Origin: Verrucomicrobiales bacterium
GTDB taxonomy: Bacteria > Verrucomicrobiota > Verrucomicrobiia > Limisphaerales > F1-80-MAGS106
Direction of reading: 5' to 3'
DNA: 54,850 nucleotides
Assembly (NCBI GenBank): GCA_005805305.1
Contig: SYMW01000029.1
Span: 1 to 54,850, forward strand
Shown: positions 34,403-42,520 of the stretch, in pieces
Layout: every line of letters begins with the position of its first letter
Numbering within the stretch: position 1 is the stretch's first letter
Program-made: the position numbers and the translations under genes
The notes under the pieces: generated by a model
The model's database searches: none
The model's input: the letters and a program-made list of their open reading frames with translations, nothing else
Told to the model about the DNA's origin: nothing

Positions 34403-36018
34403 GCCTGAAGCTCCATCAACGCCCAGCGGTGGAGTCGGGCGACCCGAATCAATTCGCGATCCGGATGGAATTCGTTCCGAATCTGGATTCTGGATTCGCC
34501 ATGCCGGAGGAAGATCTTTCTTGGGGTCGGATGCAAATCTGGGTTGCGGGTCGGAATCTGTGCGAACATGTGGATCGCAGCGAAGTGCGGAAGGCAGTGG
34601 AGTGGTACCTCCTGCCCGTGATGGAGTGGCTGACGGAGTCCTGGGACTTGCTGCTCCACGAACAACGACCGCCCGTGTCGAATGCCGGCGAGTCCGCCTG
34701 GCATTCTCTGGCGGAGACGAATCGTCCTGAGCGATTCGAGCGGGCCGGCAACTGGGATAGAGTTGCGGACGAGGCGCACACTTTGTGGACCTCCCATCAT
34801 TGTCTGCGTACGAGCCGGTTTGGCGGAATCTTCCCCGACGTGGTAGTTCGTCGTTTGCGGGATGAAGTGGAATTCTCCTGGGGGGAGACCCCGCAGGTTG
34901 GCGCACCCGATGGATTTCGCTTCCTGCATGGTGCAGGAAAAACTCTCGTGACACCCGACGCTGTCGCGAGTCCGCTTTTCGATGTGCTGCGTCAGTCAAT
35001 CGAGGCGCTGGCCGAGGAGCAACCGCAATCAAACCGTCTGCGAACCCTGTGCCAGCAAGTTGCAGGCATCGCAAGCGCCGACCGCCAAATCAGGAGGACT
35101 GCCCTCCTGGCTGGGCTTGGAGCGACGTCCGGGGATTGGGTGAACCGCTGGCAAAACCTTCGCAGTACGCTGGAGACGGAATGCTCCGGCTACAAGGAAT
35201 CAATAAAACGGTGGTTTGAGCCGGAGCAAGGCAACAGGTTGTGTGTTGCGGGCAGCTGCGAAGCGGCGGTCATGTTCGGCTCAGCGTCTCCCACGCTTAC
35301 CGAGAGCGATGTTCTGTTGATCGCAACCCGTTTGGTGAGGTCATCGGGCAAGCAACCTTCCGCAAAGTGGACGGCGTTGGCGAACGAGCCACAACCGCTC
35401 CCAGCCGGTGAATCACCATGGACGGATGGCTATCGGCTGGCGCAGGAGTGGAGAGCCAAAGCGGGTATACGCCACAAACGCGACGGGGCCGTGGATGTTG
35501 AGGAACATCTCGAAAGACTGGGTGTGAGTTTTGAGGATATTAAGCTAGACGACGCCACCACTGCAGGCCTGGCTGTCCAGCCGGAACAAGGCGCGCCGCA
35601 TATTTTTGTGAACCGGCGAAATCCGCGTTGTGAATTTCCATCAGGCAAGCGGTTCATCCTCGCTCACGAGCTTTGCCATCTTCTTCACGACCGCTCTCAC
35701 GGGCGCAACCTTGCAATGATCTCCGGCCCCTGGGCGCCGCGAGACCTCGAGAAGCGAGCCAATGCCTTTGCCGCGGCGCTGCTGATGCCACCGGAATTGC
35801 TCAAGAAAGGATTGCACAGCGATGACGATCTCGAATTTGAGGGTTTGTTAGCTCTTGCAAAACGCCTTCGCGTCAGCACGGACGCCCTTGCGCACCATCT
35901 CGCGAACTGCAACTTGATCAGCGAGGCAACGCGAGACGTTCTGCTGGCTCAACTGGTCAATCGTCAGGAGGCCGGAAACGGCACAAAGCGGACGGCACGC
36001 AAGCAGTCCAAGAGTTAA
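34399..36018 (+). CDS. 539-aa protein: uncharacterised N-terminal ~390 aa + C-terminal ImmA/IrrE (COG2856, M78-like) zinc metallopeptidase
   Basis: FILAHELCHLLHD (HEXXH at nt 35665-35679) followed by ANAFAAALLMPPELL. GTG 34399 is in frame with track ORF 34285..36018 and overlaps the upstream stop. The first 38 track codons overlap the small ORF and are probably not translated. Confidence 0.8.
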   Translation: MSLKLHQRPAVESGDPNQFAIRMEFVPNLDSGFAMPEEDLSWGRMQIWVAGRNLCEHVDRSEVRKAVEWYLLPVMEWLTESWDLLLHEQRPPVSNAGESAWHSLAETNRPERFERAGNWDRVADEAHTLWTSHHCLRTSRFGGIFPDVVVRRLRDEVEFSWGETPQVGAPDGFRFLHGAGKTLVTPDAVASPLFDVLRQSIEALAEEQPQSNRLRTLCQQVAGIASADRQIRRTALLAGLGATSGDWVNRWQNLRSTLETECSGYKESIKRWFEPEQGNRLCVAGSCEAAVMFGSASPTLTESDVLLIATRLVRSSGKQPSAKWTALANEPQPLPAGESPWTDGYRLAQEWRAKAGIRHKRDGAVDVEEHLERLGVSFEDIKLDDATTAGLAVQPEQGAPHIFVNRRNPRCEFPSGKRFILAHELCHLLHDRSHGRNLAMISGPWAPRDLEKRANAFAAALLMPPELLKKGLHSDDDLEFEGLLALAKRLRVSTDALAHHLANCNLISEATRDVLLAQLVNRQEAGNGTKRTARKQSKS

Positions 36019-36118
36019 ACCGGGCGAAACGTCGAACAGGGGCGCTTCGCCAGACAGGAATTGTTTGGAGAGATGCCTATGACAATAGTATCGCTAACCA
36101 CAAATCCGTTCGCACTCC

Positions 36119-36355
36119 TCAGCATCCCAATTGAGGGAATCCGTCCCCCCGGATGTCATCAAACATCGAAGGAAATTTGCCTGAGTCAGCCCGGTTTGGG
36201 TTAAGGAACCGTGCAATAATTCGGGCGACCGCATTACGGCATATTTGGCGGATTCGCTCACGGGTAAGCCCGAACTTCGCGCCGACTCCTTCAAGGGTAA
36301 GCGTCGCCCCGAGAGCGAAGGGGTCAGTCCTTACTTGCGACACATCGGGGTTCAT
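36119..36355 (-). CDS. stand-alone sigma-70 region-4-like HTH protein (78 aa)
   Basis: TLEGVGAKFGLTRERIRQICRNAVARI closely mimics the region 4.2 HTH of primary sigma factors (TLEEVG..F.VTRERIRQIE). No regions 1-3 in any frame upstream. Could be a small regulator or a gene fragment. Confidence 0.5.
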   Translation of the reverse strand: MNPDVSQVRTDPFALGATLTLEGVGAKFGLTRERIRQICRNAVARIIARFLNPNRADSGKFPSMFDDIRGDGFPQLGC

Positions 36356-36449
36356 TTGTCTGCCCCAGGGGGAGGGGTGTCCCGGCGGGTTGCAGCAGTG
36401 CCGTGCCCGCGACGACGGCGGTGCCCAGTTCGAGTTTCCCGATATCAGC

Positions 36450-36863
36450 TCATGGTCTCGCCTCCACCGGGAGCAGGCTCAGGACAAAATCGAAAATGGC
36501 TTGAGCGTGTTCGAGTGCCGCGTCAAATTCCTCTGGCGACGGCATCGGGTCGTCCGTAAGTCCCGGATATCGGAAGGCAGAAACATAGGGGGTCAAAATC
36601 TCCGCCGCTTCCTCGAACTGCGCAAAGTCAATCTTGTCATCCGCGGCGTCTGTGATCAATCAAATCAGGTCGTGTGTCTTGGCGACCTTGATGCCCCGCC
36701 AGGTCAGCCACCCTTTCAACGATTTCTACGCTGCTTGCTGGCAGTGGTAAATGGCCGTGTCCAGCGGGCCGTCCGGCGTGGCGCTGACAATTCGGGCGTT
36801 TTGCAGGTCGTGCACGGCTTTCGTGAGCCACTCGCGGGTGAGCCGGGCGAGGTTGTCAGCCAT
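36450..36863 (-). pseudogene. HEPN-domain protein gene interrupted by two in-frame stop codons (partner of the MNT gene)
   Basis: A single frame reads MADNLARLTREWLTKAVHDLQNARIVSATPDGPLDTAIYHCQQAA*KSLKGWLTWRGIKVAKTHDLI*LITDAADD...SAFRYPG...VEARP. TAG at 36726-36728 and TGA at 36660-36662, with no frameshift. The ATG overlaps the MNT stop (ATGGCTGA). Confidence 0.8.
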
Positions 36864-37200
36864 AGAGCTTCCTGCCCTGCGCGAGAATTTGGTGCTGTAA
36901 CGAAGCGCGCAAATCCTTGTAGCGATCGAATTCCTCCCGCGTTTGCACAAACACGTCCTTGCTCAGCCGCAGTCCCCGCAGACAGCGATGCGCCCGTTGC
37001 ATCCGACGGATCGCTCGCTCGCCGCTCTCGCGGACGATCACCATCAAGTCCACGTCGCTGTCCTCATGCGGCGTGCCCCACGCGTGAGAGCCAAACAAAA
37101 TAATTTGCTCTGGCTGGAACTCGGCTTTCAGCCGTTCCACGACCTCCGCCAACAAACCTGACGGGATTGTCTTCAAGGTATCCAGAGTAACATGTGCCAA
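36856..37200 (-). CDS. minimal nucleotidyltransferase (MNT/MntA-like)
   Basis: ILFGSHAWGTPHEDSDVDLMVIV is the GSx(n)DxD pol-beta-type NTase motif. 114 aa with a TTG start. Sits immediately 5' of the HEPN gene in the usual MNT-HEPN order. Confidence 0.85.
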   Translation of the reverse strand: MAHVTLDTLKTIPSGLLAEVVERLKAEFQPEQIILFGSHAWGTPHEDSDVDLMVIVRESGERAIRRMQRAHRCLRGLRLSKDVFVQTREEFDRYKDLRASLQHQILAQGRKLYG

Positions 37201-37218
37201 TGTTTTTGAGAAGTCTTT

Positions 37219-37347
37219 CCATGAACCGCACGGTAGGGCAAGGTGTCCCCACCGAGCCGTCGGGGCTCCGGAAACTCATGGGCTCCTGACGGCTCGCTGA
37301 GGACAGCTCGCCCTACCCGTCAAATCGCCATTTGACCTGGTTCATGG
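37219..37347. repeat. ~129-bp imperfect palindromic element bounded by CCATGAACC...GGTTCATGG (right flank of island)
   Basis: Arms are ccatgaacc..ggtagggcaaggtgtcc..gagccgtc and gacggctc..ggacagctcgccctacc..ggttcatgg. Same termini as the element at 32669..32802. Confidence 0.7.
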
Positions 37348-37384
37348 CCCCGATTCATGTCTAAAATTTGGAGGTGTTTCCTTT

Positions 37385-37595
37385 CCTTGAACCGTCTTGC
37401 AGGAGCCGACGTGAGGCTCACTTCTCCCCCTTGGAGTGTCAGAGCCTCCTTCCGTCGACACCTACAGGTTCATGGTCCCAATGCGAGCCGCGAATCGGTT
37501 TGGTGGCTACCCGTAAACCTGTAACCGACAGGGATGCGAAGCACCGCAGACCTCATTCTGAACGACGTGGAACGTTACTGCGGCTCGGTTCATGG
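37385..37595 (+). repeat. degenerate tandem units (~120-128 bp period) carrying the GGTTCATGG core
   Basis: GGTTCATGG occurs at 37339, 37467 and 37587, and the variant CCTTGAACC at 37385. After each core comes a similar (Y)CCC(R)AT...GG..G stretch. Confidence 0.55.
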
Positions 37596-37715
37596 TTGCA
37601 AAGCATGCGCAAAGCAAAGAGAGGCTCTCCAAAAAGGGCAGGACTGGATGCCCATTCGACGGCGTGGCCGAAGCAATAAACGGTTCGGTTTTTAACTACC
37701 CAGAAACGGGATCCG

Positions 37716-40700
37716 ATGTATGTTCAGTCATCGTCATTGATTATGAAGGGAAATCGCCGTCAATTTAGTCTGAACGCAGTTTTTTGTCTGGGAGTTCTGG
37801 TCTGCGTGCTGTCCACCACGACCCAAGCCGCGTCCTCCCAACTTCAATTTAACCGCGATATCCGCCCGATCCTGGCGGACAATTGCCTGGCCTGTCACGG
37901 GCCGGATTCGGCCAAGCGAAAGGCGAGCCTTCGGCTGGACACGAAGGAGGGGCTTTATGGGGCGACGAAGGACGAAGGCGCCGTGGTGAGCCCTGGGAGC
38001 TTGGAACAAAGCGCGCTTTGGAAAAGGATCACCACGACGGACCAAGACGATCTGATGCCGCCTCCCGATTCCCACAAGAAGCTGACCCCGGACCAGAAGG
38101 AAACGCTCAGGCGCTGGATTGCTGGCGGCGCGGAGTGGGAGTCCCATTGGTCCTTCATCAAGCCCGAGCGCCCTCCGGTGCCCGCAGTCAAGAACGCTCG
38201 GTGGATCCGGAACCCCATCGACGCATTCGTGCTGGCCAAGCTGGAGGAGCGGGGATTGTCTCCCGCTCCCGAGGCGGACCGCCGCGCGCTCGCCCGGAGA
38301 CTGGCGCTTGATTTGACCGGCCTGCCTCCCAATCCTCAGGATCTGGAGGCCTTTATCGCCGATCGTTCGCCGGATTATTACGAAAAGTTCGTGAAAAAGC
38401 TCCTGAACTCCGAGAGCTGGGGTGAGCATCGAGCCCGTTATTGGCTCGATGCCGCGCGTTACGCGGATACCCACGGCCTGCATTTTGATAATTACCGGGA
38501 GATGTGGCCCTACCGTGATTGGGTGATCCGGGCTTTCAACTCCAACAAAACCTTCGACCAATTCGTGATCGAACAAATTGCCGGGGATCTGCTGCCGGAG
38601 CCCACCCAGGACCAACTCGTCGCCACAGGGTTTCACCGATGCAACATGACGACCAACGAGGGGGGAACAATCGAGGAGGAGAATCTCGCCAATTACGCGC
38701 ACGACAGGGTGACAACGACCGGATGGGTGTTCCTCGGGCTCACATTGAACTGCGCGTCGTGCCATGACCATAAGTTCGATCCCGTTTCCACGCGCGATTT
38801 CTATTCGATGGCCGCATTTTTTAGAAACACGACCCAGCCGGCAATGGATGGCAACGTGAAAGACTCCGGCCCCAGCATTACCGTCGTCACGGACCCCATG
38901 GATTTGCGGCGATGGCAGGCCCTTCCAGAGGAGGTCGCAAGCGCGAAGCGGAGCCTGGAGAAGGTGCGGAAGGAGGCGGAGCCGGGGTTTTCGAAATGGA
39001 TCGACGGCCTGCGCAAGGAGGATTTAGAGAAGGACCTGGGAGGCGAGGGGCTCGCGTTTCACGCCCCACTGAACGATGGGAGCACCAACGAAATCCGCTA
39101 CCTCGTGCGTGGAGCCGAGGGAAGAACACGCCCCTCGGGGGAGTTGCAGATCAAGGCGGAAGGGAAGACCGGCCCCGCGCCGCGTTTTGGCAAGAGTGTC
39201 ACGGCCTCTTTTGCTAACGTTGGAGACTACGATCGGCAGCAACCTTTCTCATTTGGATCCTGGGTGCATGTCCCGGAGAATTACAATGGGACGGCCGCCA
39301 TCCTGTCCCGCATGGATGAAAACAACCAATATCGCGGCTGGGATCTGTGGATTCAAAATGGTCAGTTCGCGTCGCACATCGTGCATAATTGGCCGGAGAA
39401 TGCCATCAAAGTCCGAACTGCCAAGCGCCTCGCCAAAAAAGGCCAATGGCAGCATGTCTTGGCCACCTATGACGGATCGGGGAAAGCCGCCGGATTGAAG
39501 ATCTATGTGGACGGCTTGCCGGCCGGCCTGGAAGTCGAGAACGGAGCCGGGATCAATGACTCCATTAAGACGGATGCTCCCTTCAGGCTCGCGCAGCGTA
39601 CGGGAACCGCCCATTTCGATGGAGCCGCCTTGCAGGACGTGCGGATTTACTCGCGTCTGCTCGCGGCCGCTGAGGTCGCGACGCTCGCCAACTCGGCGAC
39701 GCTGGCCGAATCCTTGGGAAAGCCATTGGATCAGTGGAAACCAGACTCGAAACAGCAGGCTCTCAGCTACTATCTCGCGACCCGTGATCCGCTTTATCAA
39801 GGAGCGGTGAGCCACTTGGAATCACTGGAACAGGAGAGGGAGGGGATTCGGCTCCGAAGCCCGGTGACGCATGTGCAGGTGGAAAAGAAGAATTCCGAGG
39901 CGATGGCGGCCGTGTTGTTTCGAGGGCAGTATGACAAACCAAAGGAGAAAGTGGCCGCGGACGTGGTGGAGGCACTTCATCCCCTCGCGAAGGAAGAGCC
40001 GCGCAATCGGCTGGGCTTGGCCCATTGGCTGGTGTCACCAGAGAACGCCCTCACATCCAGGGTCACCGTGAACCGTTTTTGGCAGGAAGTGTTTGGAGCC
40101 GGCCTCGTGGCGACGGTGGAAGATTTCGGGGTGATGGGCGAGAACCCATCCAATCAGGCGCTCCTGGATTGGCTGGCCGTGGAATTCAGGGAGGGCGGTT
40201 GGGACGTGAAAAAGCTTTTTGCCTTGATGGTTGGTTCCGCCGCTTACCGGCAGAGTGCCTCCTCGACTCCGACGAAACTCGACAAGGATCCCGGGAACCG
40301 GCTGGTGAGCCGCGGCCCGCGATTTCGGATGGATGGCGAGATGATTCGCGATTACGCGCTCGCGATCAGCGGCCTGTTGGTATCGAAAATTGGAGGCCCA
40401 AGCGTGAAGCCCTATCAACCCGAAGGAGTTTGGGAGGCGGTGGCGATGCCGGAGAGCAACACACGCCGCTACCAGCGCGATTTAGGCGAATCGCTGTATC
40501 GGCGGAGTCTCTACACCTTTTGGAAACGCGCCGCCCCTCCCGCGGTGCTGGACATCTTCAACGCGCCGAGCCGGGAGACATGCACGGTGCGGCGGGAGCG
40601 CACAAACACTCCCCTTCAAGCACTGGCCACGATGAACGATCCCCAGTTTGTGGAAGCGGCGAGGAAACTGGCCGAGACCGCCTTGGAGCAATCCCAAAAC

Positions 40701-40952
40701 GATGCCAAAAAAGCGATGGCCTTCATCACCAAAAGGGTTTTGGCTCGCGAACCGCGCGGTTCGGAATCCGAAGTGCTCAGGGACGCGCTCTCCCAGTTCC
40801 AAACGTTCTATAAGGCTCATCCCGAAGAAGCACGGAAACTCATCGGCGTCGGCGAGTCCAAGCCGAGCTCCGCGTTGGATCCTTCCCAACTGGCGGCGGT
40901 GACCTTGGTCGCCAATCAAATACTCAACCTCGATGAAGCCCTCAACAAATAA
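37716..40952 (+). CDS. PSCyt1 (CxxCH) + DUF1549/PSCyt2 + LamG-like insert + DUF1553/PSD1 protein
   Basis: CLACHGPD (nt 37884-37898). NPIDAFVLAKLEERGLSPAPEADRRALARRLALDLTGLPPNP. Internal CASCHDHKFDP. Concanavalin/LamG-like block at about aa 445-655. LTSRVTVNRFWQEVFGAGLV...LLDWLAVEF. ATG 37743 is an alternative start. Confidence 0.9.
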   Translation: MYVQSSSLIMKGNRRQFSLNAVFCLGVLVCVLSTTTQAASSQLQFNRDIRPILADNCLACHGPDSAKRKASLRLDTKEGLYGATKDEGAVVSPGSLEQSALWKRITTTDQDDLMPPPDSHKKLTPDQKETLRRWIAGGAEWESHWSFIKPERPPVPAVKNARWIRNPIDAFVLAKLEERGLSPAPEADRRALARRLALDLTGLPPNPQDLEAFIADRSPDYYEKFVKKLLNSESWGEHRARYWLDAARYADTHGLHFDNYREMWPYRDWVIRAFNSNKTFDQFVIEQIAGDLLPEPTQDQLVATGFHRCNMTTNEGGTIEEENLANYAHDRVTTTGWVFLGLTLNCASCHDHKFDPVSTRDFYSMAAFFRNTTQPAMDGNVKDSGPSITVVTDPMDLRRWQALPEEVASAKRSLEKVRKEAEPGFSKWIDGLRKEDLEKDLGGEGLAFHAPLNDGSTNEIRYLVRGAEGRTRPSGELQIKAEGKTGPAPRFGKSVTASFANVGDYDRQQPFSFGSWVHVPENYNGTAAILSRMDENNQYRGWDLWIQNGQFASHIVHNWPENAIKVRTAKRLAKKGQWQHVLATYDGSGKAAGLKIYVDGLPAGLEVENGAGINDSIKTDAPFRLAQRTGTAHFDGAALQDVRIYSRLLAAAEVATLANSATLAESLGKPLDQWKPDSKQQALSYYLATRDPLYQGAVSHLESLEQEREGIRLRSPVTHVQVEKKNSEAMAAVLFRGQYDKPKEKVAADVVEALHPLAKEEPRNRLGLAHWLVSPENALTSRVTVNRFWQEVFGAGLVATVEDFGVMGENPSNQALLDWLAVEFREGGWDVKKLFALMVGSAAYRQSASSTPTKLDKDPGNRLVSRGPRFRMDGEMIRDYALAISGLLVSKIGGPSVKPYQPEGVWEAVAMPESNTRRYQRDLGESLYRRSLYTFWKRAAPPAVLDIFNAPSRETCTVRRERTNTPLQALATMNDPQFVEAARKLAETALEQSQNDAKKAMAFITKRVLAREPRGSESEVLRDALSQFQTFYKAHPEEARKLIGVGESKPSSALDPSQLAAVTLVANQILNLDEALNK

Positions 40953-41065
40953 CCAATCTAGCTGGCAGCAAGTGGGATTCCGGATCCGGGGCGGCAACCT
41001 GCCACTTCCGGGCTCAGGTCCCGAAACCGAACGAAGCACGAGTCCGCTCAACGGGAGATTCTAGC

Positions 41066-42520
41066 ATGAACTTCTTAAACGATTACTCGAAATTTGAGAC
41101 TCGGCGGCAGTTTTTCGCCCGGGGGAAGAACGCCCTGGGTTACGCCGCGCTCACTTCCCTGATGGGCCGCAGCCTTGATCTTTGGGCGAGCGACACGGCT
41201 CCTTCCATGCTGCCGCATTTTCCGCCCAAAGCCAAGCGCGTGATTTATCTTCACATGGTTGGGGGGCCGTCGCAAATGGATCTGTATGACCACAAACCCG
41301 TGATGGGCGAGTGGTACGACAAAGACCTCCCTGAATCCATTCGGATGGGTCAGCGGCTGACGACCATGACCAGCGGCCAAAAGCGATTTCCGATCGCCCC
41401 TTCCAAGTACCGATTCAAGCGGCATGGCCAGTGCGGGATGTGGGTCAGTGAAGTCCTCCCTTGGACCGCGAAGTGCGTGGACGACATGGCGTTCATCCGA
41501 TCCATGCACACGGAGGCCATCAACCACGAACCAGCCATCTGCCATATACAGACAGGGAATCAGATACAAGGCCGACCGTGCATCGGCTCCTGGGTGAGCT
41601 ATGGCCTCGGTTCCTTGAACGAAAACCTGCCGACCTTTGTGGTGCTCGTGGCTGAACCCACCAACAAGGAGCAACTCCAGGCCATTAGCGGCAGGTTATG
41701 GTCGAGCGGCTACCTTTCCGGGGAGCACTCGGGGGTTTCCTTCCGTTCCCAGGGCGATCCGATCCTTTTCATCGCCAACCCGCCAGGGGTCAGTAGCGGG
41801 CTGCGTCGAACTCAGCTCGACGGATTGAAACGTTTGAATGAGATGAATTTCAAAGCCGTGGGTGACCCGGAGACCCACACTCGCATCCAGCAGTTCGAGA
41901 TGGCGTTCAAGATGCAATCTAGCGTGCCCGAGCTCACGAACGTAAAAAACGAGCCTGACTCCACATACAAACTTTACGGGGAAGAAGCGCGCAAGCCCGG
42001 CACTTTCGCCTATACCGCGCTGCTGGCGCGGCGTTTGGTGGAACGTGGGGTTCGCTTCGTGCAGATCTATCACAACAACTGGGATCATCATGCGAATGTG
42101 TCAGGGCGCATGCCCTCACAATGCAGGGACGTGGATCAGCCCACTCATGGCCTCATCCACGATCTCAAGGCTCGGGGAATGTTTGAAGACACCCTCATCA
42201 TCTGGGGTGGTGAATTCGGGAGGACCATTTACAGCCAGGGCGGCCTCACGAAGGAAAATTACGGGCGCGATCACCATCCTCGTTGCTTCACGATTTGGAT
42301 GGCCGGGGCCGGGATCAAGGGCGGCACGATCTATGGGCAGACAGACGAGTTCAGCTACAACATTGTTGAGAATCCCGTTCATGTTCGTGATTTCCACGCG
42401 ACGCTCCTGCACCTCCTGGGCATCAAACACGACCGGTTCACTTTCAAATACCAGGGCCTCGACAATAAATTGACCGGCGTCGACGCAGAAGCCCAGGTGG
42501 TGAAGGAACTCCTGGCCTGA
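41066..42520 (+). CDS. DUF1501 domain-containing protein (Tat signal)
   Basis: TRRQFF twin-arginine motif, IYLHMVGGPSQMDLYDHKP, GRDHHPRCFTIWMAGAGIKGG. Confidence 0.92.
   Translation: MNFLNDYSKFETRRQFFARGKNALGYAALTSLMGRSLDLWASDTAPSMLPHFPPKAKRVIYLHMVGGPSQMDLYDHKPVMGEWYDKDLPESIRMGQRLTTMTSGQKRFPIAPSKYRFKRHGQCGMWVSEVLPWTAKCVDDMAFIRSMHTEAINHEPAICHIQTGNQIQGRPCIGSWVSYGLGSLNENLPTFVVLVAEPTNKEQLQAISGRLWSSGYLSGEHSGVSFRSQGDPILFIANPPGVSSGLRRTQLDGLKRLNEMNFKAVGDPETHTRIQQFEMAFKMQSSVPELTNVKNEPDSTYKLYGEEARKPGTFAYTALLARRLVERGVRFVQIYHNNWDHHANVSGRMPSQCRDVDQPTHGLIHDLKARGMFEDTLIIWGGEFGRTIYSQGGLTKENYGRDHHPRCFTIWMAGAGIKGGTIYGQTDEFSYNIVENPVHVRDFHATLLHLLGIKHDRFTFKYQGLDNKLTGVDAEAQVVKELLA

Noticed and set aside
33881-35074. 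397-aa and 277-aa minus-strand ORFs (33881..35074, 34096..34929)
   Set aside because: They are antisense to the WHGYPV gene and the ImmA/IrrE-domain gene. They are low-complexity Arg/Pro/Ser-rich sequences with no motif.
36153-37103. 316-aa plus-strand ORF spanning the MNT-HEPN region
   Set aside because: It is antisense to the sigma-r4-like, HEPN and MNT genes, which have clear family motifs. Its sequence is Arg/Pro-rich and featureless.
37219-37700. Possible CRISPR array (periodic repeats of about 120-130 bp)
   Set aside because: The conserved core is only ~9-20 nt and the period is far too long and irregular. There is no short-repeat/unique-spacer architecture and no cas genes in the window.
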